Positions 1 to 9,948 of a DNA stretch of 64,000 nucleotides are shown here, piece by piece. The stretch is from sequence record MZ475897.1, one strand, 5' to 3'. The first letter of the stretch is position 1. Every line of letters starts with the position of its first letter. Both the position numbers and the translations under genes were made by a program. The notes under the pieces are model-generated. The model made no database searches and was not told the origin of the DNA. It worked only from the letters and a program-made list of their open reading frames with translations.

Positions 1-1500
1 ATGGAAATGTTTTCGCTTGGCCTTGAGATCAGGGCCATCCGAACTATAACTAATCCGAATATCAAAGAAGCGTACAGGACGGCCATGATGGGCCGTCTTG
101 GCGTTTCCCATTTCAGTTCGGAGATCACTCGCAAAGCATTCCGCCGCATCACCAAGCTGGTGGAAGTTAAAAGCGAAATAATTGAATGGGACGACTTGCT
201 GGAAGACCCGAACTTGGCAGAAGAGTTCAGGGATAGTCTGCGCGAAGCAGATGAGAAGCCAGCAAAGAGCATGAAGGGATTCGACCGCGTCTACGACAAT
301 CTGGAGAAGTATCGTCAACGCCGTGACATTATGAACATCGGTAAGATGATTGCGAAAGATTTCGGTGAAGCGGATGCCGAAGAGTTCAACGAGCAAGAGT
401 ACATGCAAGGCCTGGCTGATAAGCTGGGCCAAGCGCAACGCGGCACTCGTTCGACCGAGAAAGTGCATACGTTCGGTGGTAAGAAAAGCAACGCTATCAA
501 ACTGGCGAAGCAAGTTATCCTGAACCCGAAAGAGGTGATGTACAAGACAGGCTTCAAGAACTACGACAAACGAAATGGCGGTTGGCCTACAACGGGTGTC
601 GTACTCTTAGCAGGTTCTACCTCTGGTGGTAAGTCTGTAATCTCGATGAACATCGCCGATGCAATGGCAAAGATTAATGGCATCCACTGTTTGAAGGTCA
701 CCCTTGAGATGACTGCCGAGCAGGAAATGAAGCGTATGCTGTCCATGATCAGCGGCATTGAGTTCAACAAAATCAAGCAGGGCAAGTTATCGAAGCGTGA
801 GCAGAAGCAGTTGATTGAAGCTGCGAAGCAATACGACAAGATCATGACCAAGTCTAAGGGACGTAACTCATTCACGTCTCCTGAGCGCGGCATGTCTATT
901 GATGACGTCCTATATATGTCTATCCCGTACGGCGTTCACGTAACCTTCATCGACTACGTTGGTCTGTTAGAAGGTGTGGACAATGACAACCAGTGGCGTG
1001 AACTATCCACGATTGTTCGTAAAGCGAAAGTACACGCGAACGCAACAGGCCAGCTTGTTGTTATCCTGTGTCAGCTTGATGACCAGTCTGGTCGTATTCG
1101 TTACTCTGGTGGTATGCGTGAGCACGCCGACGTTGTATGGTCATGGAACTACTCTGACCCTGAGATTCGTGAAGGTCACGTTATCCCGATGCAGGTAATG
1201 AAAGCGCGTGATGGTGAGCTGTTTGAAATGGCAATCGCCGAAGCGTTCCACCTGATGCGTGTGTCTGACGCAGAAGAAGGTGCTGAGATTCCTCAACGTG
1301 CTACAACGTCAGATGATGTTGGTGGATCTCCTGCAAAAGGTAATTTCAAGAAGAAAGGTAAGGGTAAAGACAAGATCGAAATCAAGAAGTCTCGACGTGC
1401 AGCAGCAGCGTTCCTATCAAGCGGCAGCGACGACGATGACGACGATGAAGATCTGCCGAAGAAGAAAAAGAAACGCAAGCAATATGACGTTGCTGCGTAA
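1..1500 (+). CDS. DnaB-like replicative helicase
   Basis: Walker A GSTSGGKS, Walker B TFIDYVG, DnaB-type LCQL and RYSGGMREHADVV motifs; long charged C-terminal tail. ATG is at base 1, so the true start could lie upstream. Confidence 0.85.
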   Translation: MEMFSLGLEIRAIRTITNPNIKEAYRTAMMGRLGVSHFSSEITRKAFRRITKLVEVKSEIIEWDDLLEDPNLAEEFRDSLREADEKPAKSMKGFDRVYDNLEKYRQRRDIMNIGKMIAKDFGEADAEEFNEQEYMQGLADKLGQAQRGTRSTEKVHTFGGKKSNAIKLAKQVILNPKEVMYKTGFKNYDKRNGGWPTTGVVLLAGSTSGGKSVISMNIADAMAKINGIHCLKVTLEMTAEQEMKRMLSMISGIEFNKIKQGKLSKREQKQLIEAAKQYDKIMTKSKGRNSFTSPERGMSIDDVLYMSIPYGVHVTFIDYVGLLEGVDNDNQWRELSTIVRKAKVHANATGQLVVILCQLDDQSGRIRYSGGMREHADVVWSWNYSDPEIREGHVIPMQVMKARDGELFEMAIAEAFHLMRVSDAEEGAEIPQRATTSDDVGGSPAKGNFKKKGKGKDKIEIKKSRRAAAAFLSSGSDDDDDDEDLPKKKKKRKQYDVAA

Positions 1501-1511
1501 AGGAACTGACC

Positions 1512-1760
1512 ATGAGTGATATTCAGCTACAGGAATTCACGCAAGAAATTCGTGATGACCTGTCGAAAGACTTTGTGTATCACATCCGTACCAAGGACGG
1601 TACGGAGCACACTGGTATGTGGCCCAACTATGCAGGCTTTCATTGTCTCAATCCAAATGAAGGCAAGCGCATTAGTATGGATGATGTTACGCACATCAGT
1701 GAGCAAATGACCTTCGACGATCACTCGGACAAATACGTCTTCAATCGTGAAAAAGTTTGA
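1512..1760 (+). CDS. hypothetical protein
   Basis: 82 aa ORF with AAGGA RBS, co-oriented with neighbours. Confidence 0.6.
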   Translation: MSDIQLQEFTQEIRDDLSKDFVYHIRTKDGTEHTGMWPNYAGFHCLNPNEGKRISMDDVTHISEQMTFDDHSDKYVFNREKV

Positions 1761-2544
1761 GGGTCCATACGGGCTAGTTGAGTCCGATAACCTTGTCCCA
1801 CGTTGGACGTACCCTATTATGCATGGTAGAGTTCGTCAGGTAGAAGCGTGGGAACTTGATACGCTACCAAACGTTTCCACAGAAGTGCGCATGGTAAACG
1901 ATATTCATGCAATTCACAGCACCCCCGTAGAGGATTATGATGACACAATCGACCTCGAAGCAGAAGCCGAAACGTATTCAAAAACTGAATCCCGACTTCT
2001 TATCAAACCTAAGCTCAATGAAATCAGAGCCCGTAAAAACCAAAGTAACACTGGTCCAGAGAACGTCTTCTCTGTAGCTCCTGAAGTTCTTGACCGTACG
2101 CTGGACAGCATTGATCAGCACAGCGAATCCTTCCGTGATTACCTGTTGCATCAAGTGTTCAGTCCAATCTTAGGCTTTGATATAGCGGCGGGTGAAGTCG
2201 AAGCAATTGCGCGTGATTGTCTCAAGACCCCTCTTGAGATCGACAGTGAACTCGTTCCTTATCTCGAACGAATCGGACTTGCTAATATCATAGGAGTGAT
2301 GTTGGGCAAATCTGAGTCTGTACCAGAAATCGTGCGTGCAGACGTACTCAAAGACTGGCTGATTAAGTCATTCGATGATATTCGTTTAGACAATAAAACG
2401 AAAGCTAACGGTACGAAGCTGCGTGATCAAATACGCCGCCTGATGCACGGTAACGACGAGCTGGTTGCTCAAGGTGCTGGCATTGGTTCTACCCGAGGTT
2501 ATTCGGAAGCGAGGAAGCAACAGAAAGAAAATGGCAAAGCCTAA
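1747..2544 (+). CDS. hypothetical protein upstream of terminase
   Basis: 265 aa ORF overlapping both neighbours; no motif recognised. Confidence 0.6.
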   Translation: MKKFEGPYGLVESDNLVPRWTYPIMHGRVRQVEAWELDTLPNVSTEVRMVNDIHAIHSTPVEDYDDTIDLEAEAETYSKTESRLLIKPKLNEIRARKNQSNTGPENVFSVAPEVLDRTLDSIDQHSESFRDYLLHQVFSPILGFDIAAGEVEAIARDCLKTPLEIDSELVPYLERIGLANIIGVMLGKSESVPEIVRADVLKDWLIKSFDDIRLDNKTKANGTKLRDQIRRLMHGNDELVAQGAGIGSTRGYSEARKQQKENGKA

Positions 2545-5365
2545 GAAGGGTCCAGCCTTCCAACTTCGTCCCAAGCGCATAGCTGCATTCGATGCACTGC
2601 TTGGTGATGATTTTGAGGAGGCTTCATCTGAGGCGGAAGGGTTAGACTTCCTCTCAGAAAATAGCGCTAATGCCATAGACTTCCTTGAGAAAGGGGAAGT
2701 GAACGTAGTTGACTTGGTGGAGAGTGCGCTAGAGCAGCGTACCCTCGTACCACGCGACTTGAAGTTCGATGATAGCTCAATGCCGAAAGCAAAGAACTTC
2801 TTGGACTGGTGTACTAATCCAAAGTTCCTTAAAGCTGAGCCGTATCTTGAGCAGGCCATGATCGGTCTGCGTTTGTTCGGTGAGATCTGCGTAAGATGTT
2901 CGCCTAACCTACAATGGATGTATACAGAGAATCATGAGCCGCAGGAGGGTACTGCCGCTATCGGGAAGCATTTGCATCTTCTCCATAACGGTGTGTGTCC
3001 TCACTGCGGCGCTCGTCGTTCTGATATGATTCGTAACAAGGAGATTAACTTCTACAACGAGCTGGCAGTGAATGCCGGTCAGCGTTGTGTGATTGCATCT
3101 ACGCCTGTAGCGACGAACAACGGTATCATGCCTATCGGTCACATGATGATCGGTCATGACACGCCAGGCTTCCACAAGCCTCGTCGCAATTTCAGTGCGC
3201 ACAACGGACGTGAGATCAAAAAGGTTAGTCAAGTCTATGTGTCAAGCGAGAGTCCTACCAAGGTCATTACACTCGCTAACGGCATTTGGATTGAAGCAAC
3301 ACACGATCACCCTATTCGTACAGAGACGGGCTTTAAGAAGACCGATAAACTCGTGCGTGGTGAACGTGTTGAAGTAGCTGTCGGCACGAACACGTGGGGC
3401 AAGATACAGCGTCCTACGACTATCTACGAAGCTGGATTGTCTACGCGTGAAGATGCGTTGCGATACATTGCAGACAGATCGATTCCGTTCGGTGAAAGCA
3501 AGCTACAGTACGTCTCAGAAGACGTTGACGCGATTCAGATGGTATGGTCTATTCTGCTTAACGCGGGATTTGTGCCGAGCGTGCTACATGGTGGAGAGGG
3601 TTATAGCGTTCTTTACTCTCTGACCGATGAGCCTCAGCGTTGTTCTAAGCACATCGAGATCATGTTCGTTGAAGAGGGTACGCCGCAGATAACATACGAC
3701 TTGCAGATGGAAGGTCTGCCTCAGTTCGTAGCGTCCGGCCTCGTACACCACAACAGCGGTAAGTCAGTTGTTGTTGCAATGATCTCTACCTATCTGACGC
3801 ACAGACTGCTTATGTCGCAGTCGCCTACGGGAATCTTGAGCATCGACAGCACAACCGTATTGCACGGTACGTTCGTTGCTCTTACCCAGAAGCAAGCGGC
3901 AGATACACTGTGGACTCCCTACTTCAACTACATCATGGGCAGTCCCTGGTTCCAAGCATACCATGACCTGATTCGTAAACACGAACGGCGCTATGGTATA
4001 GAAGTGATGAAGATTCGTGACACGTTCATATTGTACGGTCACCGTAGCTTTGTTATTTATCCTGCAGGTCCTGATGGACGTATTCTTCGTGGTCGAACCC
4101 GTGTACTAGCGGTAATCGATGAAGTGGCGTATTTCGACAACGACGCCCAATCGAAGAAAATCAAAGTCAGTGCTAATGCCGTGTACGGCGCTCTCGACCG
4201 CTCGCTCGCCACTGTGCGTGCTAAGGAGAAGCGGCAAGTCGAAGCCGGATATGATGAGGCGTTTACGGGTTACTTCTGCAACATTAGTAGCCCGGTACAT
4301 GCACGCGATAAGATCAATGAACTGATGCGCATGGCAGTTGACTCGAAAACGTTGCTGGGCATTCATGCTCCTACGTGGAAGATGAACCCAGACATGCCGC
4401 GTGACTCAGAGTTCTTGCTCGAAGCGTTCCGTCGTGACCCTGTTGGTGCGGCGCGTGACTACGGTGCAGAAGCTCCGTTGTCTGCTAACCCGTTCATCAC
4501 TCAGCCTATCTTTATCGAACAGGCGATACGTGATAAGGGTCGTTCGCTGTGCAGCTACACGCATCATATTCTACGTCACAAAGATGGCCAGAGACAGCGT
4601 TATGGTAGTCTCGTTAAAGCAGTTGAGACAAACAAGAACAGCATCCTCGCAATCGATGCAGGCTATTCAAACAACAGCTTCTCGCTGGTGACTGGTAGCC
4701 GTGACGAAGCAGGGATCATCTCGGTAGACTGCGTTGTGGAGATTATTCCTAAGCCAGGCATACCTCTCAACTACACGATGATATTCGATGAACTGCTTGT
4801 GCCTCTGTGTCGCCTGCGTAACGTTCGCGTAATGCTTGCCGACCAATGGCAGTCCCTCAAGCTGCTGCAGGATGCGAAGATCAAATGTCCTTCAATCGAA
4901 GCTGCCGACAAGTACAGTCTCAAGTATGAGGACATGTGGACAGTTAAGACGATGTTTGAATCTCAGCCGTCGCGTATCAGCCTGCCTCGTATGGGCTTTG
5001 CGAAGACCATTCAGGAAACGTTGCAGTATAACGGTGACGAGTACCCACACTGCTTTGAGAACAAGCCTACGGAGCACTTGGTGATGCAGCTACAGACGGT
5101 GCAAGACACAGGCCGAGGCGTTATCAAGAACACAGGTGCAACAGATGACTTGTGGCGTGCTATGGCTCTCATGGTATACGGCTTTGAGTGTGGTGAATAT
5201 GAGGAGTTCTTGTCCACTCCTGCGAAAATCAGCGTTAACCGTGACCCGAATCGTCTGGGTCGTGTTGCTGGTCGTCTTAACAAAGGCGTTGCAGGGTCTA
5301 GTGGTAAGACAGCTCCTACTCGCGTTCTTGGTAGCGCTGCGACTCGTATGATTGGTCGCAAATAA
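2531..5365 (+). CDS. terminase large subunit, intein-containing
   Basis: After intein removal Walker A reads AGQR/SGKS; Walker B VLAVIDEVAYF; RNase H-like nuclease ILAIDAG...TDDLWRA; start moved to ATG 2531. Confidence 0.85.
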   Translation: MAKPKKGPAFQLRPKRIAAFDALLGDDFEEASSEAEGLDFLSENSANAIDFLEKGEVNVVDLVESALEQRTLVPRDLKFDDSSMPKAKNFLDWCTNPKFLKAEPYLEQAMIGLRLFGEICVRCSPNLQWMYTENHEPQEGTAAIGKHLHLLHNGVCPHCGARRSDMIRNKEINFYNELAVNAGQRCVIASTPVATNNGIMPIGHMMIGHDTPGFHKPRRNFSAHNGREIKKVSQVYVSSESPTKVITLANGIWIEATHDHPIRTETGFKKTDKLVRGERVEVAVGTNTWGKIQRPTTIYEAGLSTREDALRYIADRSIPFGESKLQYVSEDVDAIQMVWSILLNAGFVPSVLHGGEGYSVLYSLTDEPQRCSKHIEIMFVEEGTPQITYDLQMEGLPQFVASGLVHHNSGKSVVVAMISTYLTHRLLMSQSPTGILSIDSTTVLHGTFVALTQKQAADTLWTPYFNYIMGSPWFQAYHDLIRKHERRYGIEVMKIRDTFILYGHRSFVIYPAGPDGRILRGRTRVLAVIDEVAYFDNDAQSKKIKVSANAVYGALDRSLATVRAKEKRQVEAGYDEAFTGYFCNISSPVHARDKINELMRMAVDSKTLLGIHAPTWKMNPDMPRDSEFLLEAFRRDPVGAARDYGAEAPLSANPFITQPIFIEQAIRDKGRSLCSYTHHILRHKDGQRQRYGSLVKAVETNKNSILAIDAGYSNNSFSLVTGSRDEAGIISVDCVVEIIPKPGIPLNYTMIFDELLVPLCRLRNVRVMLADQWQSLKLLQDAKIKCPSIEAADKYSLKYEDMWTVKTMFESQPSRISLPRMGFAKTIQETLQYNGDEYPHCFENKPTEHLVMQLQTVQDTGRGVIKNTGATDDLWRAMALMVYGFECGEYEEFLSTPAKISVNRDPNRLGRVAGRLNKGVAGSSGKTAPTRVLGSAATRMIGRK
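3086..3754 (+). mobile_element. intein (223 aa) in the terminase Walker A motif
   Basis: Begins CVIASTPV, block B ATHDHP, ends LVHHN followed by Ser+1; no intact LAGLIDADG pair visible. Confidence 0.85.
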
Positions 5366-5369
5366 AAGC

Positions 5370-5375
5370 TAATTT
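5370..5375 (+). promoter_or_regulatory. TAATTT motif, candidate late promoter element
   Basis: Same hexamer lies about 23-33 nt before several starts (12562, 31208 on +; 47784, 50931, 57760 on -). Confidence 0.35.
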
Positions 5376-5404
5376 AACCAAGAAAGCCACTTGAGGAAAA
5401 GATC

Positions 5405-5623
5405 ATGGAAAACAAGTTTTACAACCCACTGACAGCCGCCGAGACTGTAAAGTCACAGTCAAGCACGGATAAGGCAGAAAGTACGAGCGGTGCGTTTCAA
5501 GTTGAAAACCCGAACGTCTGTCCTAAGTGCGCATCGTCTACTGTCCCCACTCAGTTACTTGACGGGGAACAGGTGATGTTCTGCACATCCTGCCGTGTGA
5601 GTCTCGCCATTCCATTGAAGTGA
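5405..5623 (+). CDS. small zinc-ribbon protein
   Basis: CPKC...CTSC motif, GAGG RBS. Confidence 0.6.
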   Translation: MENKFYNPLTAAETVKSQSSTDKAESTSGAFQVENPNVCPKCASSTVPTQLLDGEQVMFCTSCRVSLAIPLK

Positions 5624-5630
5624 GGTTATA

Positions 5631-7556
5631 ATGGGCATTCGTGTCGGACGCCAGTACGCTGGCTCTCCACCTGAGGAGGCCAAGAAAAAGAAACAGTCTA
5701 CTCTTGGCTCCGCATCCCTCCCCCGAGCAGTAGGCGAAGCTATCCGCAGTGAGAGTTCGAAGCGTCACACAGAGTTTCTATCTCAGTCTGCTGGTGGCGC
5801 AGGAATGGCTGCTGGTAATATGCAGATTGGTACCGTACCGCTAGACATTGACTTAGAGCCAATGATGGAAGGTATGGACTATGATGCTGATGACCGACAG
5901 CTATTCAACGTCTACCGCGATATGTATCACTTCGACCCAATCTGCGGCTCTTACGTGGACTTGTTCTCAACGCTGCCGTTCTCTGATGTGAGTTTCAGTG
6001 GCGCGAAGGACAGTGTGCTTGAGCCGTATTACGAAGTGAACGAACGTCTGTCACTGACGTCCAGTATGCCGAACATCTGTACCGACATTCAGGTTACTGG
6101 CGCATTCATTGGCAGCATGATCTACAACAAAGACCGTAAGAAATTCATCGACCTGATGACGCACCGTTACGACAATATCGACGTGACACCGCTTCCGTTT
6201 ATCAGTCAGGACCCGATGTTTGACTTGCGTATTCCTCAGTACGTGAAGCAAGCCTTCAACAAAGAAGGTAAGCGAATCGATGCGCTCAAGAAAGAGCTGG
6301 GGCCTGGCTTTGTTGAAAAGCTGATGAACGATCAAACGATGGAGCTTGACCCTATTGGGACAATCTATATCCCTCGCAAGACGTTCACTTTCGGTGAAGG
6401 TATCTCTGTATTCCGTCGTGTGTTGCCTATCTGGCTAATTGAGAAGAACCTGTATCGCGGTACGTTGATTGAATCTGGTCGTCGTCAACGCGGTATTCTT
6501 CATGCTCAGTTGGGTGATGGCGATCAGTGGGAACCTTCGCAGGAAGAAATGGATTTCATGACAGACCTGTTGCTGTCTGCTGATAGTGACCCTATCGGTA
6601 GTATCATCACAACTCGTCTGGGCGTCAACATTAGTGAGTTCCGCCAAGGCGGTGACTTCTGGAAGATTACCGATATCTGGGACCAGACTGCTACGTTTAA
6701 GATGCGTGCAATGGGTATCAGTGAGGCATTCCTGAGTGGTGAAGCCAACTATGATTCCGGCGCTGCTGGCCTGACTATCTTTGTCGAGGCGATGCGTGCT
6801 TTCCGTGATCATCTGACGCGTAAGGTCTACTATGAGAAAGTCTTCCCGCTTATCAGTATGATGAATGGCCTTGCTGTTCAGCGTAACGGTAAGATCGTTA
6901 AGAAGAACAATCTCATGGACGGCGGTCTGACCGAAGTTATGCACAGACTGAATGACGGCTCTAAGCTGTTTATCCCGAACGTGCATTGGTCTAAGCAGCT
7001 TCGTCCTGATGTTGACCAAGCGATGATGGAAAACTTGCGTGCTATGACTGAGCTGGGTGTTCCAGTTCCGTTACGTGCAATCGCATCTGCTGGTGGCTAC
7101 AACTTCGACCAGATTCTGATGGACCAAGATGAAGACCTCGCTATGCGCCGTAAGCTGATGGCTTATAAGAAGCGTATGGCAGAAGTTGATTCTGAGTTCA
7201 AAGCACCAGAAGAAGGCGCGGAAGGTGGCGATAGCTTTAGTTCTGTTTCTAACGATCTCAAGCGCCGTCGTCGTCACATTGCAGGTATCGGTTTGTCCTC
7301 AGCTGTGCTTGGCGGTGAACGCCGTAAAGGCCTGCTGGGCCGTGATTTCGGTGAGCAGTCAGAAGTCTTCGAGTTCACCAAAACCGGCAAGAAGAAACAC
7401 ATCATCGGTCAGGCTCGTGCTAACCATAAAGCGAACGATGCTATTTGGAAAGCAGCACGCAACTATGAAGCCAACAAAACGATGCCTCTTGATAACGGTA
7501 AAGTGTCCTTTGAGCCTACCGCGCAAGAGCTTCGCGCTATGTCGAGACTTCGCTAA
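5631..7556 (+). CDS. probable portal protein
   Basis: 641 aa, follows the terminase; portal-like segments (YRDMYHFDPICGSYVD, MGISEAFLSGEANY). Mainly position and size. Confidence 0.6.
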   Translation: MGIRVGRQYAGSPPEEAKKKKQSTLGSASLPRAVGEAIRSESSKRHTEFLSQSAGGAGMAAGNMQIGTVPLDIDLEPMMEGMDYDADDRQLFNVYRDMYHFDPICGSYVDLFSTLPFSDVSFSGAKDSVLEPYYEVNERLSLTSSMPNICTDIQVTGAFIGSMIYNKDRKKFIDLMTHRYDNIDVTPLPFISQDPMFDLRIPQYVKQAFNKEGKRIDALKKELGPGFVEKLMNDQTMELDPIGTIYIPRKTFTFGEGISVFRRVLPIWLIEKNLYRGTLIESGRRQRGILHAQLGDGDQWEPSQEEMDFMTDLLLSADSDPIGSIITTRLGVNISEFRQGGDFWKITDIWDQTATFKMRAMGISEAFLSGEANYDSGAAGLTIFVEAMRAFRDHLTRKVYYEKVFPLISMMNGLAVQRNGKIVKKNNLMDGGLTEVMHRLNDGSKLFIPNVHWSKQLRPDVDQAMMENLRAMTELGVPVPLRAIASAGGYNFDQILMDQDEDLAMRRKLMAYKKRMAEVDSEFKAPEEGAEGGDSFSSVSNDLKRRRRHIAGIGLSSAVLGGERRKGLLGRDFGEQSEVFEFTKTGKKKHIIGQARANHKANDAIWKAARNYEANKTMPLDNGKVSFEPTAQELRAMSRLR

Positions 7557-7882
7557 TGTATCGCTTCCAGACTTGTCCCATTGAAGGTACGAAGGAGCTG
7601 GTGGTATATCGCCACCCTTCGTTCTCCAACTACGGTCTGGCCTTAAAGGTAAATCGCACTGGTGAGCAAAACGCTGTTCAGTGCGATATTGTCTCAGGCA
7701 ACATTGATGGCGTCTCTCGTCTGGATGCCATTACAGACCATACTGCTCCACTTGATGTACAGCTATGGGCTTTTACCTGTATGCACATCTTGCGGGAATC
7801 TGTAAATATCGAGAGCATTAATCTTGATACGCTGTTTAGCAATAATGGCGGTATCGTATACTATGGTACTTCAGGAGAATAA
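7556..7882 (+). CDS. hypothetical protein
   Basis: 108 aa ORF coupled to the portal stop. Confidence 0.6.
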   Translation: MYRFQTCPIEGTKELVVYRHPSFSNYGLALKVNRTGEQNAVQCDIVSGNIDGVSRLDAITDHTAPLDVQLWAFTCMHILRESVNIESINLDTLFSNNGGIVYYGTSGE

Positions 7883-7884
7883 TC

Positions 7885-8271
7885 GTGAGCGGAATGTTTC
7901 CTCATCATGTAATTGAACAAAAGAAAGGCTTCGTGTTTATCGTTACTCCGATTGAGGACGATCCAGACAGTCTCGAAGCTGCGGAAGAAGTGCGTGCCGT
8001 ACTCGAAGAGTCTTGGCCTACTGCACCTTCTGAGTTGACCGTGGACGACGTTCGCGATCCTGAAGAAGCTGAGTTAATCTTGGCTGACATTCTGGAGGTT
8101 CTGGGCGAAGCAGAATCTGAGTACGCGAACAAAGTCCTGATCAACAGCGTAATTGTTGTCGGCGCTCTGGCCATCGTTAACGTCCTGCTGCTGGACGAAG
8201 AAGTCAATTCCGAAGAAGAGGAAGAAGACGATGACGCTGATCAGTCTGCGGACGAAGAAGAGTTCGAATAA
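7885..8271 (+). CDS. highly acidic hypothetical protein
   Basis: GTG start after AGGAG; D/E-rich C-terminus. Confidence 0.6.
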   Translation: MSGMFPHHVIEQKKGFVFIVTPIEDDPDSLEAAEEVRAVLEESWPTAPSELTVDDVRDPEEAELILADILEVLGEAESEYANKVLINSVIVVGALAIVNVLLLDEEVNSEEEEEDDDADQSADEEEFE

Positions 8272-8280
8272 CGTAGACCG

Positions 8281-8300
8281 TGAGGACCTTCGGGTCCTCA
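8281..8300 (+). promoter_or_regulatory. UUCG hairpin covering an RBS and start codon
   Basis: TGAGGACC-TTCG-GGTCCTCA, perfect 8-bp stem, no U tract, contains GAGGA and the A of ATG 8300. Confidence 0.55.
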
Positions 8301-8434
8301 TGAATCTAACAGACAAGCATCCCGTACTTGCCGCCAAGTATCTCACTAATCAGACCCCTGTGTATGCGCGTGCGTTACTTGATGAACTCAACAACGAGGA
8401 AGTATCTGACCTCTACTATCAAATGGTAGCATGA
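8300..8434 (+). CDS. small hypothetical protein (44 aa)
   Basis: MNLTDKHPVL...; ATGA overlap with the next gene. Confidence 0.45.
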   Translation: MNLTDKHPVLAAKYLTNQTPVYARALLDELNNEEVSDLYYQMVA

Positions 8435-8913
8435 TGGACAAAACAGAGAGCGCAAGCTCCAATAGCGAAAGGCACCGAATCTATTTCAGGCAGCCGCAAC
8501 GAGTACCTCCCTTCGATACAGCTTTTGTTCGTGCGTCAGACACCACGAGCCTCAAGCTGCTTCTCTCGGCTGCTCCTGAACATTGTCAGATCATATTGTT
8601 TACGGACGGCACCGGCACTGCTTATGCCATGAAACGCCTCTTTAAGCGCAAATTCCTTTTGAACTCTCAAGCTCTACAACTCGATCTGCCTACGATAACA
8701 CTCACGGGTCAGGTCGTTTATCAGTTCGTTCGCGGCGGCTCTGTGCGCGACAAACTGAGTCGTTACTTCTGTGCTGGACCAAGCTATCTGCATGAGCTGG
8801 CACAAACGTCCGTTGAATCAGACGTTCTCGATATGTTCTGTTTGGGCTTAGACTTCCATACGGTATTGCGTGCGAGGGAGCGTGGCCGTTCTATTGTCTT
8901 TACGGAGGAATAA
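8431..8913 (+). CDS. hypothetical protein
   Basis: 160 aa coupled ORF. Confidence 0.55.
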   Translation: MMDKTESASSNSERHRIYFRQPQRVPPFDTAFVRASDTTSLKLLLSAAPEHCQIILFTDGTGTAYAMKRLFKRKFLLNSQALQLDLPTITLTGQVVYQFVRGGSVRDKLSRYFCAGPSYLHELAQTSVESDVLDMFCLGLDFHTVLRARERGRSIVFTEE

Positions 8914-9941
8914 TGGGAAGAACGTTTGCGTCAGTGACTCGCCACTCACCTGTCGCTCAAATACCTAAGATGGAAATCAAATACGGTAAGAAGCCTATGC
9001 TTCACGTAGTTGATGCATCTAACTGGATGTGTCGTGCTTACTTTGCCACACGCGATAAGCCTGTATATGCATCAGACGGTACACCCATCTACGGCCTGCG
9101 CCAGTTTCTGTACATGGTTCAGGATCTGATTGATATAGCAGCCAAAGACCCTAACGGTTGCTACATTGCTTTCTGCTTCGACCCAAGCTCAAACGAAACG
9201 TGGCGTTATCGTGCTCTGCAAAACTGGGCAGCAACCAAGAAGAAGAAATTCATCAGAGGTGTGTTCAAGAAAAGCAGCGACTATAAAGGCAACCGAGACC
9301 GCTCTCAAACAGCCGAGCTTGGTGTGCAGATGATTCTAGCGCGGCAGATTCTTGAACTTGCAGGCTTCTATGTGGGCCTGAAAAAGCCATACGAGTGCGA
9401 CGACCTTGTAGGAACTATCTGCCATAGATTCAAGCGCAAGTATCTGATCAAACTCTACTCACGCGATAAGGACTATGTACAGCTTGTTGATCACAAGAAC
9501 GTTGAACTCATTATGCAGGCGCAGTCTAACGCAAAAGAACGCCGCTTCGATTTCAAAACAGCGAAAGGCTTCTTCGGTGTTCCTGCCGACCGTGTTATCG
9601 ATATGCTCGCGCTGTGCGGTGATGGTGTCGATAACGTTCCAGGTATTCCTGGTATTGGTGAGAAGACTGCTATTGAACATATTCATCGCCACGGTGGTGC
9701 TATTGAACTTCGTGACGCTCTGCTTAATGGCAAAGTGAAATCGAATGCAGGCTGGGCTAAAGCATTGCGCTCAGAGATTCCTTCGATGGACCTTGAACTC
9801 CAGATGGAACTTGTCACTATCTGCCGCAACGTGCCGGGCATGCCTCGCACTATCGATGCGTTTGCTAATCGCACGCCTGATGTTAAAGCGCTCAAAGCAG
9901 TTAAGAAGCGTCTGGGCCTGACTAAACTATTACACGTATAG
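8913..9941 (+). CDS. 5'-3' exonuclease / flap endonuclease (PolI N-terminal or T4 RNase H-like)
   Basis: VVDASNWMCRAY, YECDDLVGT, SRDKDYVQL, H3TH motif LCGDGVDNVPGIPGIGEKTA. Confidence 0.92.
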   Translation: MGRTFASVTRHSPVAQIPKMEIKYGKKPMLHVVDASNWMCRAYFATRDKPVYASDGTPIYGLRQFLYMVQDLIDIAAKDPNGCYIAFCFDPSSNETWRYRALQNWAATKKKKFIRGVFKKSSDYKGNRDRSQTAELGVQMILARQILELAGFYVGLKKPYECDDLVGTICHRFKRKYLIKLYSRDKDYVQLVDHKNVELIMQAQSNAKERRFDFKTAKGFFGVPADRVIDMLALCGDGVDNVPGIPGIGEKTAIEHIHRHGGAIELRDALLNGKVKSNAGWAKALRSEIPSMDLELQMELVTICRNVPGMPRTIDAFANRTPDVKALKAVKKRLGLTKLLHV

Positions 9942-9948
9942 GAATGAT

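Noticed and set aside
1341-1346. TAATTT inside the helicase gene as a promoter
   Set aside because: It lies about 165 nt from the next start, outside the spacing of the other copies; probably chance
1440-1500. NLS-like PKKKKKRK at the helicase C-terminus
   Set aside because: It is part of a generic acidic/basic low-complexity tail; there is no reason to invoke nuclear import in a bacteriophage
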